Shown piece by piece: positions 1-10,307 of a stretch of DNA of 64,000 nt (within the stretch, counting starts at the first letter, position 1; the number at the start of each line of letters is the position of its first letter). The notes under the pieces are model-generated. The model was given only the letters and a program-made list of their open reading frames with translations, made no database searches and was not told the origin of the DNA. Made by a program: the position numbers and the translations under genes. Location: contig CBDBLV010000004.1 in NCBI GenBank assembly GCA_965207225.1, positions 352,001-416,000 of the forward strand. Direction: 5' to 3'. Source of the DNA: Dehalococcoidia bacterium (lineage in GTDB: Bacteria; Chloroflexota; Dehalococcoidia; Plut-88900).

Positions 1-240
1 TACGTTGACGCCGAAGTGGGCGAAGGTCTCCCTTACGCTCATTCGCATTACGTCTACGTACTTGCCGCCTCGGGTCTCCTGGATGACGGGTTCCAATTTC
101 TCATATCTGCCGTGGACTTCGTAAGGGTCAAGGGAAAGGCCGCGGTTCTTGATAACAACGGCCAGGGCGGACCGCATTCCGTCCTCCCAGTCGATGAGGG
201 TTCCATAGCAATCAAAGGTGAGGACCTGATAGTTGGGCAT
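1..240 (-). CDS. HAD-superfamily hydrolase (haloacid dehalogenase type II-like), 3' end outside window
   Basis: Manual translation from ATG at 240: MPNYQVLTFDCYGTLIDWEDG..., HAD motif I (FDxYGTLID); frame open to window edge. Confidence 0.85.
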   Translation of the reverse strand, partial: MPNYQVLTFDCYGTLIDWEDGMRSALAVVIKNRGLSLDPYEVHGRYEKLEPVIQETRGGKYVDVMRMSVRETFAHFGVNV

Positions 241-381
241 GGATAGTCCTTTCACGGTCACGTCTTCTGTGTGCTGAGATTATAGGGCAACCCCTGCAAG
301 TTCAACATCCGTTGACACCCGACACTGCCGATGTTCTAATTCCCTCATCGGTGGGCAGCTTTTGAACGGAGGTGTGAGGCC

Positions 382-1530
382 ATGAAAAACGGTTTTCGCG
401 TTATAGACGGCGACGGTCACATGCAAGAGCCGATGGACATGTGGGCAAACTACACCGACCCGGCCTACATCGAGCGCATTCCCAAGGTGAGCGGCCACCT
501 AGCTCGGGCGATATACAGCTACGACCCCTGCGAGGCGTTTCCCGAGGGCCACAAGATCATCTACGAAGACTCCGTGTTCGCCGACATGGAGGAGCGCTAC
601 GGGGACGCCTACCGGTCGTGGTGGAGCCTCGAGACCCGGCTGGCCCACCTGGACCAGGACGGGGTGGACGTCCAAGTGTGCTTCCCAACCAACGGGAGCG
701 TTGCCACCTCCGCTCACATCACCGACTACGGGTTGCAGGCTGCGCTGTGCCGGGCATACAACCGGTGGTGTGAAGACTTCTGCCGGCCGTCGGGGGGCCG
801 GGTGCAGTACATAGCGCAGATAACGCTGAAGGACATCGGACTGGCGGTGGAAGAGGTGAACCGCGTTGCGCCAACACAAGAGGTGGCAGGGGTAATGCTG
901 ATGGGGTTCGGAGATGATGGCGCAGGCCAGCACTGGTCGGACGACACCTTCGAGCCTCTCTGGAATGCGCTTAACGAGCACGACATCACGGCGGCATTCC
1001 ACGGGGGCGGGGCACAGCAGAGACTCTTCGGCGACTATACGGGGCAGTTGTATTCCGTGAGCCACGCCATCTCCTTCCCGGTCGACTGCATGCTGTCCAT
1101 CGGGGACTTGATATTCGGGGACGTATTGGAGAAATACCCGAATATGAGATGTGGTTTCTATGAGGCGAACGCAGGATGGACGCCCTTCTGGCTGGCCCGG
1201 ATGGACGACCACGGGCCCGGGCGGCAGGGGGTCTTCCTGCAGGGCCACCACATGCCCCTGACGCCCAGCGAATACTTCATGCGGCAATGCTACGTGGCCT
1301 GCGACCCCGACGAGGGCACCCTACCGTTTGCGGTGGACTGGCTGGACGGCGACAACATCGTCTTCAATACCGACTACCCCCACCCCGACGCCCCCTTCCC
1401 GGGCTCGGTGGATAAGTTCCTGGTCCAGCCGCTGAAGGACGACCACCGAAGAAAGATCCTGTGGGACAACTCCCAGGCACTGTACGGGAGCCGGCTGGCC
1501 AGCGGCGCTATCTCGGGGAACGGGCATTAA
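382..1530 (+). CDS. Amidohydrolase family protein (Amidohydro_2)
   Basis: IDGDGH, FHGGG, EANAGW, NTDYPHPD motifs; GGAGGTG RBS. Confidence 0.9.
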   Translation: MKNGFRVIDGDGHMQEPMDMWANYTDPAYIERIPKVSGHLARAIYSYDPCEAFPEGHKIIYEDSVFADMEERYGDAYRSWWSLETRLAHLDQDGVDVQVCFPTNGSVATSAHITDYGLQAALCRAYNRWCEDFCRPSGGRVQYIAQITLKDIGLAVEEVNRVAPTQEVAGVMLMGFGDDGAGQHWSDDTFEPLWNALNEHDITAAFHGGGAQQRLFGDYTGQLYSVSHAISFPVDCMLSIGDLIFGDVLEKYPNMRCGFYEANAGWTPFWLARMDDHGPGRQGVFLQGHHMPLTPSEYFMRQCYVACDPDEGTLPFAVDWLDGDNIVFNTDYPHPDAPFPGSVDKFLVQPLKDDHRRKILWDNSQALYGSRLASGAISGNGH

Positions 1531-1601
1531 GGTTTCGGCGCGGGTGGCAGGGTGATCGGACCGGATAGTCGCAACGCTCCTTCGGAGACCCCTGGCATCC
1601 T

Positions 1602-2315
1602 ATGAAGGCGATTATTTTGGCCGGGGGCCTGGGCTCCAGGCTCAGGCCTCTGACCGACTCCACCCCCAAGCCCCTACTGCCCGTTGCGGGAAAGCCGATT
1701 ATCCAGTGGCAGATCGAGTGGCTGAAGAACGCCGGCGTCGAGGACTTCGTACTCTCTGTGGGGCACCTAGCTGAGAAGGTACAAGCTGTCATGGGAAATG
1801 GCTCGGGGCTGGGGGTGTCCATACGGTATGCCATAGAACACGAGCCCCTGGGCACGGCAGGAGCGCTGAGAAATGCCATGGAGGCGGGCTCCGTGGATGA
1901 GCCTTTCTACGCGGGCAATGGCGATGTTCTCACGGACCTAGATCCACGCAGGTGTGAGGGTTTGAGGTCGGGGCAGGGGCTGGTTGCCGCACTGGCACTG
2001 GTGCCTCTGCCTTCGCCTTACGGGATAATCGAGGCAGAGGACAACGGGCTGGTTACGGCCTTCAGGGAGAAACCCCTGCTGCCCCACTGGATAAACGCGG
2101 GCTTCTATTCTCTGTCCCGGGAGGTATTCGACTACCTGCCAGAAAAGGGGAGCCTGGAGCGAGACGTATTTCCCGTCCTGGCCAGAAATGGGTTGCTGGG
2201 AGGAGCGAGGCTTCACCCACGGTTCTGGCGTTCGGTAGACACCCACAAGGACCTTGAGGAAACGGCGGAGTTCATCGACTCTTCAGGGGAGTCGTGGTAC
2301 GCGCGTCGGGGCTAG
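1602..2315 (+). CDS. Sugar-phosphate nucleotidyltransferase family protein
   Basis: ILAGGLGSRLRPLT...PKPLL, EPLGTAG, FREKP, INAGFY. Confidence 0.9.
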   Translation: MKAIILAGGLGSRLRPLTDSTPKPLLPVAGKPIIQWQIEWLKNAGVEDFVLSVGHLAEKVQAVMGNGSGLGVSIRYAIEHEPLGTAGALRNAMEAGSVDEPFYAGNGDVLTDLDPRRCEGLRSGQGLVAALALVPLPSPYGIIEAEDNGLVTAFREKPLLPHWINAGFYSLSREVFDYLPEKGSLERDVFPVLARNGLLGGARLHPRFWRSVDTHKDLEETAEFIDSSGESWYARRG

Positions 2316-3361
2316 GCCCAGGCGAGGGCGTAAACATGGGTTGCTCCATCGGGTAAGGGGCTTTCCTCCCAACTAGAACCAGAATCTTCGCTTATATAAA
2401 CTTGACCCCGATAGGACGCGCAGGCCATGCGGCTGGGGTTTGAGTGGTCGAAGGCGATGCAGAAGATGGAGCTGGGGGGCTGCACCCCCATATTGATGGG
2501 ATTCCAGTTGTCGCCACCGTCCTCGCTTTTGTACAAGCCGCCGAGGCCTCCATCGAAGCCGTTGCCTGCGCCGACCCAGATGACGTTGGGGTCTGTCGGG
2601 TCTTCCTGGATGGCGCGGGTGTAGAGTCGGCCCGTGGCGTCGAGGGGAGTCAAGGGTACGTGACCCCAATGGTTACCGCCGTCGGGGCTGCGGAAGAGTC
2701 CTGCACCGGTGATGCTGAAGACCAGGTCCGGGCTCACACTGCTGGCGAGGATGCCGTGGGTGTCGACGGCCTGGTCAGTCTGGTACATGCCGTGGCTAAG
2801 ATTTTCCCATTGTAGACCCCCGTCCATGCTCCGCATCACGCCGCCGACCTCTATGGCGCCGTATAGGATTTGGGGGTCGAAGGGGCTGGCGCCCATCATC
2901 AGTACTCTCCTGGCGGGGTTGGCGCGGGGACGCATGGTTATCTCGGGGAAGCGCATGTCGGTTATGAGTCGGGTCCAAGTCTGTCCGCCGTCGGCGCTGG
3001 AGTGGACACTGGCCTCTTCGCCACCGGCGTACATGGTTGTGGGGTCATTGGGAGCGAATAGGATGGACCAGACTGGAAGCCCGCTCTCGACACCCGAAAC
3101 CCGTGTCCAGGAGTCACCCTGGTCTTCGCTGAGGTAGGGGCCGTCCTGGGTGCCGGCGTAGATTGTGTTGAGCCGGGAGGGATGGGGGGTGAGGGCCCTG
3201 ACTTCCGGGGCGTCGGGGAGTCCTGCGGCCGCGTTTTCCCAACCTCCGTTCCCGGGGTCGAGCCTGAACAGTCCGGAGTGCATTTCGTATCCCGGGGCGG
3301 TCTCACCTGCTAAACCCACGAATAGGCACGGATTCTTGCGATCACTACCATTCATTGCCAT
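2312..3361 (-). CDS. BNR/Asp-box repeat beta-propeller protein
   Basis: Repeated SxDxGxxW boxes (SEDQGDSW, SADGGQTW, SMDGGLQW, SPDGGNHW, SEDGGDNW, SEDSGSSW). Confidence 0.85.
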   Translation of the reverse strand: MAMNGSDRKNPCLFVGLAGETAPGYEMHSGLFRLDPGNGGWENAAAGLPDAPEVRALTPHPSRLNTIYAGTQDGPYLSEDQGDSWTRVSGVESGLPVWSILFAPNDPTTMYAGGEEASVHSSADGGQTWTRLITDMRFPEITMRPRANPARRVLMMGASPFDPQILYGAIEVGGVMRSMDGGLQWENLSHGMYQTDQAVDTHGILASSVSPDLVFSITGAGLFRSPDGGNHWGHVPLTPLDATGRLYTRAIQEDPTDPNVIWVGAGNGFDGGLGGLYKSEDGGDNWNPINMGVQPPSSIFCIAFDHSNPSRMACASYRGQVYISEDSGSSWEESPLPDGATHVYALAWA

Positions 3362-3407
3362 GACTACTCCTTTCCCCTGAGTTTGTATTTCCAGACAATT
3401 CGAAGAA

Positions 3408-4571
3408 CTATTTGATCACCAATTCATGGGGGACATGGGTGATAACCTCGACGCCGTCTTCATGGATTATCGACTGTTCTCCCAGAGACATGGTCAGCCT
3501 GGATTCCCGATCAACCAGGATCATGTGGGTAAAGAAGGTCATGTTAGCCTCCAGGACCATGGGGCTGTCGGCGACTATCATGGGGTGTTCCATCCAGGAA
3601 GGGGACCACGTAGCGCCCATGGTATAGCCACAGGCATTCAGAAGAGCGTGTCCGTAACCGTGCCTGGTGAAGGCGTCAGCGTGGGCCTTGAAGACCTCGC
3701 CGACTGTGTTGCCGGGCCTCAGGGCTGCTTGTACGGAGGTCAAGGCATCGAGGCAGGCCTCGTGCATGCGGCGGTGCCGATCGTCGATTTTGGGGCCGGT
3801 GAGCACGACTACCATGTTAGCGGCATGGTAGTGCCGGAACCCGCACCCGATTTCATAAGTGATCTGGTCGTTTTCGCCAATCGTGCCTCGGCCGGTTGCG
3901 TAGCGGACCAACATGGCCTTCTTCCCGGAGCCCAAGGGCCAACCGCCCGCCGGAGACTCTCCATCGGACCTGAATATAACGCTGTCCATCTCGGCGATGA
4001 TGTCGCCCTCGAAAGCACCGGGCTGGGTCAATTCGATGCCCTTGGCGAGGGAGCGGTCGATGATCTTGCCCGCCTGGCGCAGGTATTCGAGTTCCTGGGG
4101 GCTCTTGACAACCCGCATCAGCCGAATGAGGTCTGACATGTCGACCAGCTCGCAGTAGTCGCCGACAGCGGCATCCAAGTCTTGGCCCATTTTACTGGTG
4201 AGGCCGAAGGTGTCCCTCTGTACGCCAATTCTCTTGCCTTTCAGGTTGAATCGCTCCAGCACTTCCCTCACCGAGTTGAAAGGTGAATTCTCGAGGCTGT
4301 CAACCCAGAGGTGGACGTCGTCGCAAATGGAGGAGTACTCGATGCTGGGTACGTCTGCGGAGCGGGTGATGTGTGTCAGTTCGCCGTTGACGCCTATGTA
4401 CATGGCGTGAAAGATGACGAAGCCCTGGGTGTCGAGGCCGCAGAGCCAGTACATGTCCTCGATCTTGAAGAGGAGCATCCCGTCCAGGCCATTATCGGAG
4501 AGGGCGGCGCGGACTCGGGCCTGGCGGTCAGCGAATTCTTCCCTGGTGAAATGAATGTTTGGTTCCGGCAT
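3408..4571 (-). CDS. M24/creatinase-like (Xaa-Pro peptidase family) hydrolase, paralog 1
   Basis: Creatinase N-domain, RVVKSPQE linker, pita-bread C-domain; GGAGG RBS. Confidence 0.85.
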   Translation of the reverse strand: MPEPNIHFTREEFADRQARVRAALSDNGLDGMLLFKIEDMYWLCGLDTQGFVIFHAMYIGVNGELTHITRSADVPSIEYSSICDDVHLWVDSLENSPFNSVREVLERFNLKGKRIGVQRDTFGLTSKMGQDLDAAVGDYCELVDMSDLIRLMRVVKSPQELEYLRQAGKIIDRSLAKGIELTQPGAFEGDIIAEMDSVIFRSDGESPAGGWPLGSGKKAMLVRYATGRGTIGENDQITYEIGCGFRHYHAANMVVVLTGPKIDDRHRRMHEACLDALTSVQAALRPGNTVGEVFKAHADAFTRHGYGHALLNACGYTMGATWSPSWMEHPMIVADSPMVLEANMTFFTHMILVDRESRLTMSLGEQSIIHEDGVEVITHVPHELVIK

Positions 4572-4633
4572 TGTTCCTCCGAGGCGTTCGCTCCATGAAT
4601 GATAAGGAGCCCGACTAGCCTGTTAATCAGGAC

Positions 4634-5797
4634 CTAGTGAACAATCAAGTCGTGGGGGATGTGGGTAATGATCTCATTTGCTTTGTCGAGGACTATGACC
4701 TGCTCGCCAAGGGACATGGTGAGTCTCGATTCCCGGTCCACCAGGATCATGTGGGTGAAGAAGGTCATGTTGTGTTTAATTACGAAGGGGTTGTTTTTGA
4801 TTATGAGCGGCTGCTCCATCCAGGAGGGTGACCAGGTGGCTCCCATTGTGTAACCGCAGGCGTTGAGCAGTGCGTGACCGAAACCGTGTTTAGTGAATTC
4901 CCTGGCGTGGGCATCGAAGACTTCTCCGATGGTGTTGCCGGGCCGCAGGGCATCCTGAACGGCTGACAGGGCATGCAGGCAGGCCTCGTGCATCCTGCGG
5001 TGACGATCATCCACCTGGGGCCCGGTAAGCACGGCAATCATGTTGGCCGCGTGATAGTGGCGGTAACCACACCCGATTTCGTAGGTGACCTGGTCGTTCT
5101 CGCCGACCGTGTTCCGACCGGTGGCATAGCGTACAAGCATGGCCTTCTTGCCGGAGCCGACGGGCCAGTGGGCCGCGGGAGGATCGCCCCCGTTGCGCAG
5201 GATGATGCCGTACATCTCGGCCCAGATGTCGCCTTCGTAGGCCCCGGGCCAAGTCATTTCGATGGCCTTGACCATGACCTGGTCCATTATCCTTCCGGCC
5301 TGCCGCACATACTCAAGCTCCTGGGTACTCTTTACGACACGCATGAGACGAATCATATCCGAGGCGTCTACGAGCTCACAGTAATCCCCAACCGCGGCAG
5401 CCAACTCTTCACCCATCCTGCTTGAGAGGCCATAGGTGTCGCGCTGAACACCGATCCGCTTGCCCTTCAGATTGAACCGCTCCAGGACTTCGCGGACGGC
5501 ATTGAAGGGGGAGTTGTCGAGGCTGTCCACCCAGAGATGAACATCATCGCAGACCGACGAGTATTCGATGCTGGCGACGTCGGCGGAGCGGGTGATGTGA
5601 GTGAGTTCGCCGTTGACGCCGATGTACAGGGCATGGAAGATCTTCCAGCCCTGGGTGTCGAGGCCGGTTAGCCAGTACATGTCCTCTATCTTGAACAAGA
5701 GCATGCCTTCGAGGCTTTGATTCGACAACTCGGCGCGGACTCGAGACTGGCGTTCGGCGAACTCTTCCCTTGAAAAGTAGATTGTAGGTTCAGGCAT
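4634..5797 (-). CDS. M24/creatinase-like hydrolase, paralog 2
   Basis: Same length (387 aa) and colinear with 3408-4571. Confidence 0.85.
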   Translation of the reverse strand: MPEPTIYFSREEFAERQSRVRAELSNQSLEGMLLFKIEDMYWLTGLDTQGWKIFHALYIGVNGELTHITRSADVASIEYSSVCDDVHLWVDSLDNSPFNAVREVLERFNLKGKRIGVQRDTYGLSSRMGEELAAAVGDYCELVDASDMIRLMRVVKSTQELEYVRQAGRIMDQVMVKAIEMTWPGAYEGDIWAEMYGIILRNGGDPPAAHWPVGSGKKAMLVRYATGRNTVGENDQVTYEIGCGYRHYHAANMIAVLTGPQVDDRHRRMHEACLHALSAVQDALRPGNTIGEVFDAHAREFTKHGFGHALLNACGYTMGATWSPSWMEQPLIIKNNPFVIKHNMTFFTHMILVDRESRLTMSLGEQVIVLDKANEIITHIPHDLIVH

Positions 5798-5930
5798 GGG
5801 TCCTCCAGGAAAAACTGTTTCCCGAATGATAAGGCGTCGGGGCTGAGTGTCAATCGTTCTTTGTCACACAATGAATCCAGGCCGAAAGTATGCTAACGTG
5901 TCCCTACCAGCCACCAAAAGGAGAAATTGA

Positions 5931-6596
5931 ATGGCGAAGTCCCCAATAATCTACACCGTCCGCATGGATGTTACTGATGATGTTAGAGACCTTTTCGAAG
6001 AGTGGTCGTCGGGCAGACACATCGACGACTTGCTGGCGGCGGGATTCCTGAGCGCCCAGCGATTCCGGGCGTCAAAGGGCAAGCCGGAGTTTCTCCACCT
6101 CTACGAACTGGAGAACGTCGATCTTCTCAGCACCGACACCTACAAGGCCGTGGCGCAGAACGACCCCAACATCGGACAGGTCAGGACGGGCCTGCAGAAC
6201 CACTCGGCGTCTCTGTATGAGCAGGTTGTGTATCTCCCCTCGGATGGAAACGGGGAGCTAGTCCCGGGGGTCGGGGCACGGCACCTGATCACCGTGCAGC
6301 TGGAAGTGCAGGAGGGGAAGGAAGACGAGCTAATAGAGTGGCACCGGGCAGAGCACATACCCACGCTGCTCCAAGCCGAGGGGATGATTGCCGGCCGGCT
6401 GTGCCGCAGGACAGCCATGCATCCATCGACACCGTGCCTGGACCCGACATGGGTGTCGATTTACGAGATGTCGGGGTCGGAGACGCTGCGCGACCCCAAG
6501 GTGGGGGAGGCGAACGGGACGGAATGGGCACAGCGCATGCACGCCGTCACAACCGAGGCCCGGCTCTGCATCCTGGAGCGGATAACTCCCGCCTAG
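5931..6596 (+). CDS. Tandem EthD/DUF4286-like alpha-beta barrel protein
   Basis: Two repeats of F/L-x-EW...H-I...G-x-x-A-x-R...YE pattern; AAGGAG RBS. Confidence 0.65.
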   Translation: MAKSPIIYTVRMDVTDDVRDLFEEWSSGRHIDDLLAAGFLSAQRFRASKGKPEFLHLYELENVDLLSTDTYKAVAQNDPNIGQVRTGLQNHSASLYEQVVYLPSDGNGELVPGVGARHLITVQLEVQEGKEDELIEWHRAEHIPTLLQAEGMIAGRLCRRTAMHPSTPCLDPTWVSIYEMSGSETLRDPKVGEANGTEWAQRMHAVTTEARLCILERITPA

Positions 6597-7546
6597 CCAA
6601 CAACCATAATCACCCCGGCGAAAGTTACGAAGACACCGGCGAGAGTCTTTAGCGTCAGCCGCTCTCTCAGGAATATCGGGCTGGCCAGGGCAAGCCAGAG
6701 CAGGGAAGTGTTGCTGAGGGTGAACGCGACAGCCAGACCGGCGTGGTCAATGGCCAGGAGAATGAACAGGCTGCCGATACCCAAGTTCAGCACGCCATTG
6801 AAGATGGGGACTATGTAGCCTCTGATTGTCGCCTGCAATCCGTTTTCCCTGCCGGAAGCTAGTGTTGCAGAGGAGGTGGAGGGAGAATTGGCTTGGTCTC
6901 GGGGGCGGAGGAACTTTCCGACGCCGAGGAAGGATAGAAGGGTGAGGAAGAGGAAGATGGCGGGCAGTCGGGCGAAGTTCAGGATTACGGCGTCGACTTC
7001 TCGTAGGGCCACGGTCTGCATGGAAAAACCGGTAACCCAGAAGGATGCCGCAAACACTAGGAAGGCCATTCCCTTGAAACCGAGCCAGACGGACTGGGCA
7101 ATATCGGTCTCATTCCTTTGGAAGAAGCTGAGGGCGTAAACGCCTATCAGGATCAAAGCGATGCCGCCGAGGGTGAGAGCCGACAGCCTCTCCCCAAGGA
7201 TGAAAATTCCGGAAATTGTCGAGAGTATCGCCGAGACGCCTCCGGACAGCGGGATGGCTTTGTTGGCGTCGACGGACTTGAGGAAAATCAGGAAGAGGGA
7301 GAAGCCGATACCAAAGGAGACCAGGCCACCGCATATTCCCAGAACCAAGGACGGAACATGGACAATGGGCAGGTCCTGGTATCTTCCCATTGCTGCCATT
7401 AGCACGAAGGTGAACAGAGCGCCGCCGAAAGACAGCAGGGCGGCTTGCTTCAGGGGAGGGAGGCGTCGGGTGAGGGCCTTATCGATCAGCGAGCCCGCCG
7501 AGTGGCTTATAGCCGCGCCAAGGGCGAAGAGTTCTCCTACCGGCAC
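6593..7546 (-). CDS. DMT/EamA family transporter
   Basis: About 10 TM segments; two internal repeats ending in (G/R)ERL(S/T). Confidence 0.85.
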   Translation of the reverse strand: MPVGELFALGAAISHSAGSLIDKALTRRLPPLKQAALLSFGGALFTFVLMAAMGRYQDLPIVHVPSLVLGICGGLVSFGIGFSLFLIFLKSVDANKAIPLSGGVSAILSTISGIFILGERLSALTLGGIALILIGVYALSFFQRNETDIAQSVWLGFKGMAFLVFAASFWVTGFSMQTVALREVDAVILNFARLPAIFLFLTLLSFLGVGKFLRPRDQANSPSTSSATLASGRENGLQATIRGYIVPIFNGVLNLGIGSLFILLAIDHAGLAVAFTLSNTSLLWLALASPIFLRERLTLKTLAGVFVTFAGVIMVVG

Positions 7547-7711
7547 GCTTCACCCGGACGGTGGCGGTTTTTCATGGGCGCAATCATATCACCCACGCCT
7601 GCCTTATTTAGTAAATTCCCGACACCGTTACCTGGACTGCTTGGGGATGAAGCCCTAAAGGCGCCTCTGCGTCATTCGACCGCTCCTACAATTAGGAGTA
7701 CACTTTCCGAT

Positions 7712-9058
7712 ATGTCGGTCGCCTCCAAGCTTCCCCTCGCCGGTCGGCTCACCTTTTTCTATGGCTGGCGTATCATCGCGCTGGGCTTCCTCCTGAACCT
7801 TATGACCGCAGGCCTGAGCTCGTCGGCATTTTCGGTGTTTGTGAGCCCAATGGGAGACGACCTGGGCTGGTCACGATCGACAATCGTGTTGTCCACCACA
7901 ATCGGGACACTGGCGGCTGCGGTGTCGGGGCATTTCCTGGGGCTGGCTCTAGACAAGAGGCAAGGGGCGAGGCTGCTCGCAACCGGCGGGATGCTGATCA
8001 TAGGGGTAAGCACCATATTGATTGGCAGGATTCAGGAGAGCTGGCACCTGTACGGGCTATTCCTGATTGGAGGGGCGGTCGGGCTTTCTGCGTACCCGGG
8101 GCTCATTACGCCAACCATAGTGTCCAAGTGGTTCGTGCGCCGGCGGGGGATGGCCATCTCCTTTGCGAGCATGGGTCTACCGTCCAGTGGATTCATCCTG
8201 AGCCCCTATGCCAACTTCCTGATAAACGAGGTGGGCTGGCGTCAGGCCTGGACGTTTCTCGGGGTTACTGCCCTGGCTTTGACCGTGCCCTGGACTGCGC
8301 TTTTCATGCGCCGCCGCCCCGAGGACATCGGCCTCCGCCCTGACGGCGACGATCCGACAACGCGGCGCCTTGCGGGAGAAATGCCGCCAGTGGCGCCGGA
8401 TGAGCATTCCTGGACGATCCGGCAAGCTGTTACAACCCGGGCCTTTTGGCTAATTCTGATATCCAGCAGCCTGGGGATGTTCTGCTTTATCGGAGTACTT
8501 ATCAACTTCTTTGCATCGGTCACTGACTCGGAGTTCGGGTTTACCCGGGACCAGGCGACCCTGGCATTCAGCACTTTCTCTTTTCTTTCTCTTATCGGGA
8601 AGCTCCCGTGGGCTTACCTGGCCGACCGTATGGACCTGCGTCTCTCCAACGCTTTCACGTATGCAGGGCCGGCAATAGCGATGGCTGTGCTGGTCAACGC
8701 GAGCTCTCTGTGGATGCTGATCCTGTGGGGAGTGATATACGGGATTGGAGCGTCGGGTATATCCCTGCTTCCCTCTCTTGCGTGGGGAACGTACTTCGGT
8801 AGGACATTTCTGGGGTCAATCAGGGGGATTACATCCCCGGTGGCTTTCTTCGGGCAGGCAGTCGGGCCCCTGTTCGCGGCATTTCTGTATGACGAGCTGG
8901 GAAGCTATCAGGTCCCGTACTCGGTATTTATCGGCCTGTTCCTGCTGTCGGCGGCGCTGATGCTGTTTGCCCGAAAGCCCGTACCCCCAGCTCCAGAGCC
9001 AATTCCGGAGAGCCAGCGACTCTTTCCCAAAGACGCCTTAGAAAGCGTTTCCGGCTAG
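7712..9058 (+). CDS. MFS transporter (OFA/MCT-like)
   Basis: FFYGW, LGWSR, SKWFVRRRGMA, YFGR motifs; ATG 7712 preferred to the upstream TTG that overlaps eamA. Confidence 0.88.
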   Translation: MSVASKLPLAGRLTFFYGWRIIALGFLLNLMTAGLSSSAFSVFVSPMGDDLGWSRSTIVLSTTIGTLAAAVSGHFLGLALDKRQGARLLATGGMLIIGVSTILIGRIQESWHLYGLFLIGGAVGLSAYPGLITPTIVSKWFVRRRGMAISFASMGLPSSGFILSPYANFLINEVGWRQAWTFLGVTALALTVPWTALFMRRRPEDIGLRPDGDDPTTRRLAGEMPPVAPDEHSWTIRQAVTTRAFWLILISSSLGMFCFIGVLINFFASVTDSEFGFTRDQATLAFSTFSFLSLIGKLPWAYLADRMDLRLSNAFTYAGPAIAMAVLVNASSLWMLILWGVIYGIGASGISLLPSLAWGTYFGRTFLGSIRGITSPVAFFGQAVGPLFAAFLYDELGSYQVPYSVFIGLFLLSAALMLFARKPVPPAPEPIPESQRLFPKDALESVSG

Positions 9059-9061
9059 TCC

Positions 9062-10306
9062 ATGAGAAGGCGGCCCTTCTACGGCTGGTGGGTCGTCACG
9101 ACCGGATTTATCGACCAGTTCACCGCTGCGGGGTTCGGAGTATACGCCTTCAGCGTCATGGTCAAGCCGATGACCGACGATCCTGAACTGGGCTGGTCGC
9201 GAACGGAACTGACATGGGGCATAACCATCGGGATAGTGGTGGCTACCAGCACGGGGCCCCTGTTCGGGGCTTTTCTGGACAAGAGGCATGGGCCCCGACT
9301 CCTGATGCTTACATTCGCGCTGATGGGTGCATTCGGGCTGATTATGACCAGCCGCGTACAATCCCTTTGGCAGTACTACTTGATGTTCGGAGTGGTCTCG
9401 GCGTTTTTTCTTCACACGACGATTTTCCTGATAGTTCCGACGGTGGTCTCCAAATGGTTCATACGGAACAGGGGTAGGGCGCTGATATTCTCGACCATGG
9501 GCCGACCGGCAAGCGGGCTGGTGATGCTGCCACTGACCCAGGTCTTGATGTCGGGGTTGGGGTGGAGGACAACCTGGCTGTTGCTGGGGATAGCGATCCT
9601 GGCCATAGTCATCCCGCTAAACGCGTTGTTTCTCCACCGCCGCCCCGAGGACCGGGGCCTCCTCCCCGATGGGGACCCCGAGCCGCCACGGTTCACACTT
9701 TCAGATGACGGGGGTGAGGCCAGCTGGACCCTCGGGTTGGCACTAAGGACTCGGGCGCTATGGCTGGTCCTCCTGGCGACGAACCTCAGTGGGGCAGGGA
9801 TCATAGGGGTGCTGGTCAACCAGGTTGCCTACTTGAAGGAGTTTTACAGCGACGCGGGGGCGGTGGGGGGCGCAACGCTGATCACGGCGTCAAGCCTTTT
9901 TGGCAGGCTCGGGTGGCTGCTGATAGCGGACAGGGTGAACCCCAGACACTCGGCTGCACTGAGTTTTCTGCTGTCGGCAGCAGGGATGTTCTTCCTGATC
10001 TATGCGGACAACGTGGTCATGATGGTGCTTTGGGGACTATCATTCGGGGTGGGGATAGGGGGGATGGACCCGATGACCTCCCTGGTGTGGGCCCGATTCT
10101 TCGGGCGCCGGTTCCTGGGTTCGATAAGAGGGTTCGTGACGATGACCAACATGGTCTCTACGGCAGGTTCGCCGCTGCTGGTAGCGGCGATATTTGAATC
10201 GACCGGCACCTACAGGCCGGCATTCATCATTCTGCTGGCAGCGTTCTTATTGGCAGCGGCACTGATTCTCGCCTCTCGGGCCCCGAGGCTTCCCGAAAAG
10301 AGGTAA
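9062..10306 (+). CDS. MFS transporter, paralog of upstream gene
   Basis: FYGW, LGWSR, SKWFIRNRGRA, FFGRRFLGSIRG. Confidence 0.88.
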   Translation: MRRRPFYGWWVVTTGFIDQFTAAGFGVYAFSVMVKPMTDDPELGWSRTELTWGITIGIVVATSTGPLFGAFLDKRHGPRLLMLTFALMGAFGLIMTSRVQSLWQYYLMFGVVSAFFLHTTIFLIVPTVVSKWFIRNRGRALIFSTMGRPASGLVMLPLTQVLMSGLGWRTTWLLLGIAILAIVIPLNALFLHRRPEDRGLLPDGDPEPPRFTLSDDGGEASWTLGLALRTRALWLVLLATNLSGAGIIGVLVNQVAYLKEFYSDAGAVGGATLITASSLFGRLGWLLIADRVNPRHSAALSFLLSAAGMFFLIYADNVVMMVLWGLSFGVGIGGMDPMTSLVWARFFGRRFLGSIRGFVTMTNMVSTAGSPLLVAAIFESTGTYRPAFIILLAAFLLAAALILASRAPRLPEKR

Positions 10307-10307
10307 C

